Of a stretch of 64,000 nucleotides of DNA, positions 53,252-64,000 are shown piece by piece (positions within the stretch are counted from its first letter, which is position 1; the number at the start of each line of letters is the position of its first letter). The stretch comes from Schizochytrium sp. TIO01 (lineage: Eukaryota > Protista > Bigyra: Labyrinthulomycetes). A program made the position numbers and the translations under genes. The notes beneath the pieces were generated by a model that had not been told where the DNA came from, did not search any database, and saw only the letters and a program-made list of their open reading frames with translations. The stretch spans positions 3,715,648-3,779,647 of the forward strand of contig SMSO01000014.1 of the NCBI GenBank assembly GCA_004764695.1, given 5' to 3'.

Positions 53252-56200
53252 CTCCTTTCCTATAGTTCGCCTCATTATTCTTTCTCTTTTTGCCGCTGGA
53301 GTTCTTTATGTTCATGGCGGTCACGCGCTCAAGATTGGGCTCGCGCTGGCTGCAAAAGTTCTTGCGTGCAAAGGAGGGCTCTCGCGCGGGTGTGCCGTTC
53401 GCAGGTCAATCGCCCAGACAGACAGAAAGAAAGAAAGGCAGACAGCCAGCCACTCACTCACTCGCTCGCTCGCTCGCCCACGCCCTCACTCACTCGGTTC
53501 AAACCATCAGCGGCGTCGCGAGCTGCGCCTGTCACGCGTCGCCTGCTCGATCGAGCGCTCGTCGGCCTTTCTCTCGGTGCCCTTTTATCCCACTCAGCTG
53601 GCGCTAACTCTGCGAGGCCCCGTGGAATTACGCTTACGGGTAGCTGCTCACTACGTGCTGCGCGAAGGCAACAGGGGCCTTCGTAAATATTGCACTTCGC
53701 CTAAAAATTAAACGCTGCTGTTTAGTTCTGGTTTTATTTTTATTCGAAACGATTATATCAAATATATATGATTTTTATTTTTTATTTTTTTAAATTTAAA
53801 AATTGAATTACTGCTAAATCAGTTGAAAGAAAATAACGAATGCTATGGTGTGTAGATAGATGGTGATGTACGTAAATGTATGTATGCCTACCTTTGGAAC
53901 CACGGTCTCAGCGCTTTGGTCGCGGGAGGAGGCTGTAGATAGGTGGATAGATGGACGAGAAGAGGGAGAGAGGGAGCTGCGTGCGAGATGTCCCTTCGCA
54001 GAGGGCAGCTTGCTTCTTCCTTCCTTCCTTCCTTCTCCCCTCGTGGTGGCGGCCTTGTTTTTCTCTTTCATCACTTTTCCATTAAGTTAGCTTAGCTTTT
54101 GTTTGCTTTTCTTTTCTATTGTGCAAACTCGTGGAAATTCGGAAGGGGTGGAGAAGGAAGAATAATAAGTAGAGATGGAGAACAAAGAAAGAAAACCACG
54201 AATCAAACCTCCCTCTCGCTCTCTCTCTCTATATATATACATATATCATTTACAGATAATTTATAAGCGGCAATACTTTGGTTATTATTTGGAATTTTAT
54301 TTTTTAAAGTAGAAAAGTGCGAATATACAGACGCGAGTAGATAGCTCACACCAGCGTCTATTTTCAACAGCTCGCGACGTTTGTTTTCCTCCTGAATCTC
54401 CTCCTTCGTACAGCTTTGGAGTTCAAGTTATCCGTACTACCTACTGTCTAGCACACCTGCTATATTTATTGATTGATCAAAGTGAACAGAAGATTTCATA
54501 AACAAAAATATCAAACTTTAAAAAAATAAAATTGGTGATGAATATTTTATAAACAACTTTTGGTAAAATAATTAAAACTATTTGAGAATAGTGTATTCTC
54601 TGAGTCAGTTAGTCGGAAAGCGACAGTTAGTTATGCAATTATGGGGTGTGCGCATTTGGAGGCAAACCTATTCATACTAGACATACAAAACTATTTATGA
54701 GCCACGAACTTATTATTCCTATGTTCTGAATGAAGTCATACACTGAAGAGACTTAGAGAACTTGAGGGAAAGAGTGCAAAAGCAAAAACGCACCCAGCTT
54801 CCGGAGAGCCCCAGAGCTGGCTGGCTATGGGCCTATGACCGTCCGGGTGGCAGCGCAGCGCGCAGATTGGGATTGGTGGGTGGACTGGCTGGCTGGCACA
54901 CGGACGAGCGAGCGTCGCGCGCAAAGCTCTTTATTCCAGAGCACGGGAGGAAAACATAGTTATCCTTCCCAAAGAAAGCAAGCAACATGGGTTCCCTTTC
55001 TTCATTCTCGGAGATAAAGTGCGTTTATTAAAGCGTGAATACAATTTAAACTGCTAAATGTATGACAAATATCATCTCGTATGTAATAGAAGCACGCCAG
55101 TCTTCCGCACGTGCAGAGAATGAAAAGCGCGAGAGAACCGCGCGTTTTTCCTTTCATTTCCATTTTATTCATAGGTTTTCTTTTTCATAGTAACAAAAAA
55201 GAAAACTGGAAAAAGCGCGAGATTAGAGCCTTACTACTCTCCTTACTACTTCTAAATAGTCAGTCAGATGTAAGTATGTATTAAGTATGAATATATGTGT
55301 AGCCGAGCAGTCTTGCCGACTATGGGCTGGAGATGTATGCACCTGGACCAGCCTGGGCAAATACACGAGCTATCAATAAGCAGAGCAGTGAAGCTAGCAT
55401 AGGGGTGAACTTCTTTGGGTAGGGAGCACTCTAAGGAGTACCAGGAGCCACGACGGGCAGGCCTATCCAATTGCATCTCGTTGCTTCTTACTTGGAAGCT
55501 TCTCCGCTTCACCCTTTTTGGGGTGTACTTATTGTTTGAGCAAGAAATGTATATATATAAATACTAAGCATCAGAATGTATTTACTATTTTCTAAAGTGT
55601 AGATTCTTATTCACAAGTTGAAGGGAATAAGGAGTAAAATAATAAATGAAACAGTAGTCAGGATACTATCATGATAATTAGAACAGTGTGAGATGATAAA
55701 AGAATGGAGTGTTTCCAAAAGTGAGTCAGATACCTTTTTCCTTTACAAACTAAAAATTAAAGAGCACCTTTTAGTGATTAGGAATAAAAACAAGAAAGTG
55801 AGAGAATCATCCACCACAAAAGAGGAAGCACGAAATCGGGGCGCGCGTCTAGGTTTTGACAATCAACCTGTCGGTTCTTCTTGCTGTTACCCCTTTCTCG
55901 CTGCTTCTTTAGCGCACTTTGCATTGTTAAGCAGAAGCATGATGAGTTTGGATTGATGAAAGTATTTCTGAAGTGATTCATCCAGGAGTTGCCGACAGTG
56001 TCAAGTTCAACGTGGAGATTCTTTGATGCTCATAAATACATTAATGATGCTTTATATTTTGGGCTGCTACGCCATTCAAGTTGACTAAATTCTTCAACTT
56101 GGACCAAAGACCTTCTGCTTCCAAAAATAGCCTTGCTTTGCTTGCTGTGACCTCAAGTTGAACCTGTCATGTAGCTCGCCATCCTCGTCTCCGTTGCTGC

Positions 56201-58234
56201 CTTGCACAGTTGAGTCATCAATATATGCACACCAATGCTGGTGCAACAGTGCGATAGTGCAACAGTAAGAGTCCTCAGAAAACATGCATCATGATGCGTA
56301 TCCTGCTTCCAAAGACCTAGACTTTATAATAATATTTATGCTTTTTGTCGTTTCTCTAGCTAGTAAAGTTAAAGGCGTCTTGTCAGTTCAAGGCACGGTA
56401 CATAAACCATATGATTCAACAACGCTCAACCAACATAGATTTCGTGGATTGGTTGTCTTGTAAGGTTTTGTTTTGCATTGTTTTGTTTTGGAGAGCTTGA
56501 TCGCTTGAATTGAACTATTCCCAAATTTTAAAGTGCCGCATTCTGAATGACTGCCTACTCATTATCACAATCATCATCCTCATCGTGCAATGTCTGCCAG
56601 GCTGGGCAGCAAAAAGTCTCCATGACCGCGTGCTCTAGATAGCTATCTCTCACTCGCTCACTCGTTCACTCGTTCACTCGCTGGGTACCAGCATTTCTAC
56701 CGAGTGAACGAGTGGCAAGCACTGACGTGGTCGGGGTGACTGTATCAAAGAGACGGCGCATTAAATGATGGCAGGCTCCACCTGTGCTTTGCGTTGATTA
56801 TTATCGTCATGATTAATTTCCTAAGGTATGGTGATGAGGCTTAATGTGAGCATTTCCACTGGATCATTTTCTGCATTAAGGCAATCAATCTATTAGAAAA
56901 ACATACTCAGGACCTACTACAGCACGCAGCTTGTTTGTCGCCACAATGGTGCATGATTGACAGTCTTAAGTAGCTGTAAATCGCTCAATTTATGTGCACT
57001 GCTACGCACTCGGATGGCGCTCCAAGCTCACCGCTATGGAATAGATCACATTCAACATTATCCCTAAGTTGCGCATCTCCAAGTGCAAAATATTGTAATA
57101 AGGATGTAATAAGGATGGCACCCAAAATACTTTCGAAAAGCCAACGCAAGGGTGAGGACTCAAATTCTGGTCAATGAAGGATTGTTTGCAAGCCAGCGAT
57201 TTCAAAAACTCGAAGTATTCCAAAATAACTTGAGAGGTGCTTCTCGAGCACATATTGCAACATTTCTGCAGATGGCAGGTCAATCCTTTTATATTGTTAT
57301 AGCTATCTGTAGTTTTAGTTTCATTCAATAGCAACAAAAAAGAGAAACGTAAAATCTAAGTTTAAATTTAAAAACAAATGTTTTTTCAAACAATATACTA
57401 ATTTATATGGCCCCATTAAGTTCGATGCAAAGAAGAGAGTGTCTATTCACGTGGGCTTGGATTGCCTAAAGAAAGCAACAACCACAGAATCTCCTTTCAC
57501 TTGTATTTCAATTCTTCTCCTGTTTTAATTTATAGCCTCCAAGTAAATCTTATTTAAACTTTAGAAGAACAGGAAAATACATAAACCCATAAAGTTTACT
57601 ATATATGTATCAAACAGAGATTGAAAAGTTGTCTTCTATATTCTTTATTTCTTCATTTCAACTATTTTGTCTGCCCTTTAAATTTTCAATATATTCCCTC
57701 TTTTCCCCCTTTTTTTTAATATTAAAGAAGAAGGAAAAACGCGCAGAAAAGAAAGAAAAGAAGGAGGGGCTTGAATTCACCTGAACTAAAAAAATGTTTC
57801 GTTTTCCGTAAAATCAAGCGAAACAATTAAAACAAGACAACAAACGGAACCAAGTGTTCCTTATAATAACGCCACGCATATATATCAAACAATATGAACG
57901 TACTATTGTGTTCTTTACCTTGTTGCTCCTGCATATATTATTATATGCGGAATGGCCGAAGAATAAACAGAAAACAAATGTGGGAGCAGTCAGCAGAAGG
58001 ACTTACGAACGAGCGGCGGCCGAGCGAGCGCTTTCTTCGGCTTTGCGCTCGCTACTTACCCACCCACCACCTCCGGGCAGCCAGACGTACTGGCGCTGCG
58101 AACGACCGCGCTGAGCAGTAGCCGTAGCTGGGCTGCTTGCCCGCCAGTTTCTGCATCTACGACAGATGCGGGCAGCTCAATCAGCCTTCAAGAAGGGCTC
58201 CAAGGAGGGTTTCAAGGAGGGCTATATTTGCAAG

Positions 58235-58282
58235 TAAATAAATAAACAAACAAACAAACAAACAAATAAACAAACAAACAAA
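58235..58282. repeat. (AAAC/AAAT)n microsatellite
   Basis: Read directly. Confidence 0.85.
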
Positions 58283-58635
58283 TGGGAAACGGTGTTCTAG
58301 CATAGCAACCTTGATTTCCTTCGAGGCTTCTGAGTCTTATTCTTGCTTTCGTTGATCAGCTTCGAAAGCTGAAGCAGCAGAAGGTATTGATCGTCGATCA
58401 CCCGAGTTCTCCATTGCGCAGTTTGTCTGAGATCTGCGTTTCGTCGAACATTTCGACTGGCTGCTGATTCGCTGTTTCGTTGACTACCGCAGGGTCTCAT
58501 CGAGGCCCAGATCTTCTTTGTCTTCTACCCCGGCCTGCGTGCAAATGTAATCGAGCAACCATCCAACGCATGCATGCTCACGTTCAAGAATCGAGCCTAC
58601 GTATGGTCTGCTCATTCGCTCAATTCACATTCATT

Positions 58636-58638
<3 letters not shown>

Positions 58639-58688
<50 letters not shown>
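58639..58688. repeat. (TCAA)12 microsatellite
   Basis: Read directly. Confidence 0.9.
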
Positions 58689-61600
58689 TTTCTTTCTTTT
58701 CTTTAAGTTTATTAATTACTTAGGCGCTCGGGATCCACGGTGATGAAGGTGACGATGATAATGCCTGTAGCATCCATGTATTTCTCTATTTATGTTAAGG
58801 ACGTTTCATTCATGGACAAGCACTAAAGGAGCACGCGCAACACACCGCGAGCTGGCCGAAGAACTGTAGCGAGCTGAGCATCTCGAGCCAGACGCTGGTC
58901 TTCAGCCAACAATATGTCGATTCAACAGTTGTCTCGGATTCGATTCGATCCATGCAACCGAGTGGTCCCAAGCATTTGGCTACGAGAAGCCTAAGCGACG
59001 AAAACTCTGTTCTTTCAACTACTGCTTTATTTTATTGAAGAATCATGCGTTTCAAGTTGAAGATATTCTTACTTGTTTCTTTTTCTTTTCTTTTCTTTTT
59101 AAATCAAAAATTAAAATTAAAATAAATCATGTAGCATTCCAGCTAGAGTGACACCTTCTTGTAGTATGAACATACAACACTTGATGCAGCAGAACAAAAG
59201 AGGATGGGGACGACGGCGTGAAACCCACATATTGACAAACTTGGCGTAAGCCGCGATCGAGGTGAAAACGGCTCCGCCAGAGTCGAATATATGCGCGTAC
59301 CACAAGTCTCTGCCAGGTCATTCGTGGCGTGAGCCTCTCGCTTTTCTTTCATTTTATACCTCCAAGGTAACCTACCTGCTTCCCTACTTACTCTTACTGA
59401 CTGGTGCTACGTGCTGTAGACATAGATAGCCCAAGGACGAAGATAGAAAATCCGAACTTGCTCGGGTTCTCTCTCCTTCCACCAGGCGTTCTACGGTTTG
59501 CCGTACCTAGCAGCTAAGACGACCCGGCGAGAGAAAGGAAAAGATAAAAAACTGTGAGCAGAAAGAAAAGCTTTCTTTTCTCAGGCAAGTTAGTTCATCC
59601 GCCTTATGAATGAGCCCTTCTCGCGCCACCCGAGTGCCGCAGTCATAAGTGCCACGCCACGGGCCAGCCACGGTCTGAAGGGTCTGAGCGCGTGGCACGC
59701 AGAGCGCCTCTTGACGCTACCAGGCAGAGTCACTGCCAGGCCTAGAGAAAGCCCGGCCGGCGTCGCGTTTGTCGGAGCAAGGACCTCGAAGCCGGCATCT
59801 TCAAGTTCGTTGCAGCCGCAAGAACCCCGGGTTCGGCTGGCCGTCGGCAGCCTGTGGAATCTGCACCTGCGAGCGTGAGCAGCACAAGCTGCTGATTCTA
59901 CAGCCACAAGGGCTGTCTCCATCCATCCACACAAGCATTCCACGAGTTCGTCGCCAAGTTCATCACAACCCTGCAGGCGAGCCGGCCAACCAGCCAGCTC
60001 GAGTCGAGTCGAGCGGAGTCGAGTTGGAGTTCCGTCGCTCGCTCAGTATGACCCTGGATCGAGATGGAGCCGCTGCAGAGGCAGCTCGCCCGCTCATACG
60101 AAGCGTTGTAGCTGTCGTTGTGATTCAGGCTCGGATCCCTGTGCCTGTTACTGCGCCCTTCTTGCAGACCACAAGCAAGTAACCTCTCGTTGGTGCTGGA
60201 GATTCAGGGCCCAGGAGCTTAATTAACATCTGCGCTCATCGCCATCTTCGACATGGTTTGCTGGTACTCGTAGGTACGTACCTTCTGTCTGCACCCTGAT
60301 CCTTGCGGTGATGGCCTACCAAGCCGCAAGCCATGTGATCGTCATGATGAGTACAGAATCCACTGCGGACATGAGCTCTCATCAGATGTGCTGCTCCTTG
60401 GAAATGGTCACGGCGATTGAACTAAAGACTCGCCAAGTTGGCGAATATCAAGTAGCCCGTGAAGCGCAATGGGATAACGGCAGATCGAAGAGCTAGCTGC
60501 GAGTCCGAGGGCGTGCTGGCCACGTGGACCAACCAATCCCGCAAACGAACGGACCTCTCGAACGCACGGGCAGACCACGTTCGCAAAGATCACAATCGCC
60601 ATAACTCTTTAACTCGAGATGGTCGTAGAACTGCTTAGGCACCGACCGACTCATAGTACCATCGCTAGCTTCTCGAATGGAATGGTGACACTGATGAGGA
60701 CTTTCCTCATACTCTGGGCACTGTCGAAATTCCCCTAAATCGAGCTGGGGAGTCGTGACAATCGAGCAGCCGGTTGCTCATCTCGTAACTTTAGCCAACT
60801 AATTCGTTCTGCTTTCTTTTTCCTTATAATTATTTTTTTTGTCATACATGTAAGTCTAAATACCTGGTATATTAATAATATTTTATTTCCCCTCTTTTTT
60901 GTTTTCTTTCTTTCTTTCTTTCTTTCCTTCAAGTTCATGATGTTTTAACTTTTAATATATATATATTTAATTAGAATTATATGAATTAAAGAATAGTGAT
61001 AGTTTGGCAAGAGCAGGTTTTGGCATGCATGGACAACTTTTGAATAGAAAAGGGATAACGTAATTCGCCTTGTGATTCATTGATAAGTCTAGCTGCTAAA
61101 CCAGTAAAAGAAGGAATGGCAGCAGCTATTCATCAAACATTGGCCGCTACCTTAGATACATACTAATCTAACTAGCGTTCATAAATGTTTGATGTCTTCT
61201 AATCTTGAAATATACTGGTTCTTCGAGGTTCTAATAACATTTCTTTCTAAACTTGGGTTCTCTTTTCTTTCTTTTAAAAAGCTAAGAAACTTAAAAACTG
61301 CGACGCCCATCGAGTTGATTACCTTTTCTTTTAAGCTCCAAGAGCCGCTCTTGCTGCACCAGCTACAGGCCAGAAAATATATCCCCAACTAGGAGTCCAC
61401 TAACGATGAGTTCCTCGGTTGTGCTTTAGGCGCGGTAGGTACTCAGTCTGATCTTGCTCTTCTTCAGCTATTCTTGCAAGTTGACAATAAAGTCATGATA
61501 GGTCATAGCAGGTATTAATTTACTTTTAAAAATAATAATTATATATATTAATGTTTTTAATTAAATAAACTGAAATATCATGTTTTCTTATTCCTTAAAA

Positions 61601-64000
61601 AGAAATGAAAAGGAAAGAAAAGAAAATGCGGCGGCCGTGTGCGGTAGCCGAATTTCAGGAGCACGACAAACTTAGGCCGCGACGCTGGCCGCTGATGCGG
61701 ACACGGCCTATAAGCTTCGTGTGGGCATTCACCATAGCCAGTGACTACATGCATGATTGGCCATGGCTTCTAAAGTTGAGCTACGCTATAGCATGTGAAT
61801 CAACTTGAAGAAAGTGAATATCTGTCTATCTATTCTTGGCCATTCCATGGTGCTTTTGTTCTTGTTTGGTGGATTATTCGAAGAGTCGTTTTCTGCTAAA
61901 TGTGTCCATGTCTAAAGTTGGGGAAAGCATCGAGCGAGTGAATCGCGCTGTAATGGAAGAGATGGGCGGAAGAGTAAAATGCTTGGGCACAATGGAGGGA
62001 ATGATAAAGTAGGTAGGTAGCTAGGTTGAAGCCGGTAAACGAGCGATGTAGACACAGCCTGTCAATACTTGTTTTTCGGGTTAAGCAGCTAGCTGTGGCA
62101 AATACACAAGCCTTCATTATTAATTAATTCATGCTTTAGCACGTTTTATTTCTGCACGCGCGGAGCATGATTATGAGTGTTCCCTATGCACACACCCAAC
62201 CCGAAACCCGCCCTTTTTTCGATACTCACTTCTGGCTAGCTAACTACGGTTGAGCTTTATTTCTCTAGAGCTGAGGACTGATTTGAGGAAGACTTGGAAT
62301 GAGAGGTAGTAGCCAACTGCATGAGCAGGAAGCATTCGGACCGCTCGATCGTTGCGTAACTCAACACCCAAGGACAAACTTGGACTTTTCCTCAATTGTA
62401 CGACAACTCGAACATTAGAATTCGTCATAGAAGTAGACTTACAGTTGGTGATAGCACTGAAAGAAGTCCCAGAGAGTGAGCTGCGCCCATCTCAATCTCA
62501 ACTTGTGCAGTACATAAATTTTTAAGCTTACCTGCAATGCCATTAGTATAGATTTGCATTCTTCATCACTCCCCCTAGCCAAAGGCAAGCCCTTCAAACC
62601 TTTTACCTTGAATAAAACCCAAGCCGGAACATCGTTCATTGATTCTCCATTCTTTTAATATATTCTCCTGTACAACACAACTTTTCAGATTTCGCGGTAT
62701 GATTTCCAAAAGAGCTGCATAAAAACTGTAACTCAGGTGGTGCAGGAGTTCTTTTCTCCGGAGAGTTTGATTTCATCTATACCATGTCAACATTGTAGGT
62801 ATCTTCTCCGCAGTATTTCTATTCTGACTGGAAAGCAAGATATTTCTTTTGATGTGAGATTCATCTAGTCTCGAAGTTCATCACCACTTATTCTTCTCAA
62901 CATATTTTAAGATTTAGGCTCATGGAACAGTACTTTCGACGCTTTCGCAGAAGCTACCCGAACGTATGTTGCCAACATATTGAAGTGTGTGCAATATATT
63001 CAAGTCTTTTTCTAGATGCGGAGAACCTTCCCATTAGAAATCGCGTGAAAGCTTGTAGCAGAAAATCCAAAAGTACTTGTAAGAACATTGTTAAAAAACT
63101 TTTAATTTCTAAATTCCATCGTTCGTTCGCAAGGTTTCTCATGAGGTACTACCTGGAATGGTGAATCTGGTAATCGAGACAAATACAAGTTCTATGCAGC
63201 AGGTTTTTACCTAGCAGCTGTCATTACCATCATTATCAGATCTTCAAGCTTTAATTTATCGGAAAAGTGCTTAAAGCTCATTACCAAAGTAAAGGGTTAA
63301 TACAACTTCATACTGTATCTATTACGCTTTTCTATCGCAAGCACCGAGAAGAGCCCGCCAACTCTACCTTTTGATACTTGTGGGAGGTTCTCATCTCCGA
63401 CTTAGCAATACCTGTATGCTACAAAGTATTCAACACGACCTGCTAGAATCACGACCTGCAGCAGCCATTTTTCAATTTTCTTTTAATTTCCGCAATTCTT
63501 TCCATCGACGAAAGGCTTCAGAAGGCCAGCAACGAAACTGGAGGACTTTTCGGAGACCGCAGGTTCAACTCGTTTGCGAGCTCGCGGGAAATAAGACGCA
63601 CTAGTAACTTGGGCACTAAAACATGACAAATCTGCACGTGCGCGGTGGTACCTACTATGGACAACAACAGTAAACACTCTCTAGTGAGCAGGTGGGTGCA
63701 AGACAGCTCCTTCGCATCTGATCAAATCCCATGTCTTCAACTCGAGCAAACAGCGGGCGAGTGATCTTTTCCCAAGGGCGACCTGTGGCTGGCTCGCTTC
63801 GCAGACCAAAAAGGTGCTACAATTGAAACATTTTTTTATTTTATTTTTTAAAGTAAGCAATCTCTTTTATAGCCTTTCATTTCCTCCCTTTTCCCCCTTT
63901 TAATTAACATATTGTATATATTATAAAAAGCTTTAACGATTTTTTATTTTTTTTTTTAATATTTAATAATATTACTGTTGTAAGTAGTAGTTAAGTTTTT

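Larger units (their letters stand above)
52139..64000. promoter_or_regulatory. >=11.8-kb region without credible long CDS, upstream of the zinc-finger gene
   Basis: Only short, low-complexity ORFs. Microsatellite-rich, with alternating AT- and GC-rich blocks. Regulatory role is inferred from position. Confidence 0.4.

Noticed and set aside
60680-60735. CTGATGAG...GTCGAAA as a hammerhead ribozyme core
   Set aside because: Stem II closure is poor, stem I is not formed, the would-be cleavage nucleotide is G, and a competing ATGAGGA/TCCTCAT hairpin sequesters the core.
61633-61708. GGCCGTGT...ACACGGCC inverted repeat as a MITE or structured RNA
   Set aside because: Only an 8-bp perfect stem, with no clear target-site duplication and no second copy in the window.

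Overview
Eukaryotic, intron-poor genomic window. Gene content, long single-exon ORFs and microsatellite-rich spacers suggest a stramenopile, probably a thraustochytrid/labyrinthulomycete (inference only). A gene-dense core (12.9-52.1 kb) holds a 2481-aa multidomain calpain, a Siw14/PFA-DSP phosphatase, a 2983-aa USP9X/24/34-type deubiquitinase, a two-exon ATG16L, a coiled-coil protein, a CUEDC2-like protein, a 795-aa unknown protein, a possible small spliced orphan gene, a LIMK/TESK-like kinase with a PH domain, a CaaX-tailed cytochrome b5-domain protein, a kinesin and a CCCH-GGG (WRKY19-like) zinc-finger repeat protein. Two roughly 12-kb regions with no credible long ORF flank the core, each lying 5' of a likely transcriptional regulator. 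One of these is a bZIP gene running off the left edge, which the ORF track missed. I found no tRNA, rRNA, CRISPR array or intact mobile element. The most notable observations are an apparently discontinuous C2 domain in the calpain (split by inserts of about 1040 and 160 aa), the putatively prenylated cytochrome b5, the non-canonical bZIP, and the hidden ATG16 first exon. All domain calls come from motif recognition by eye, not from database searches.
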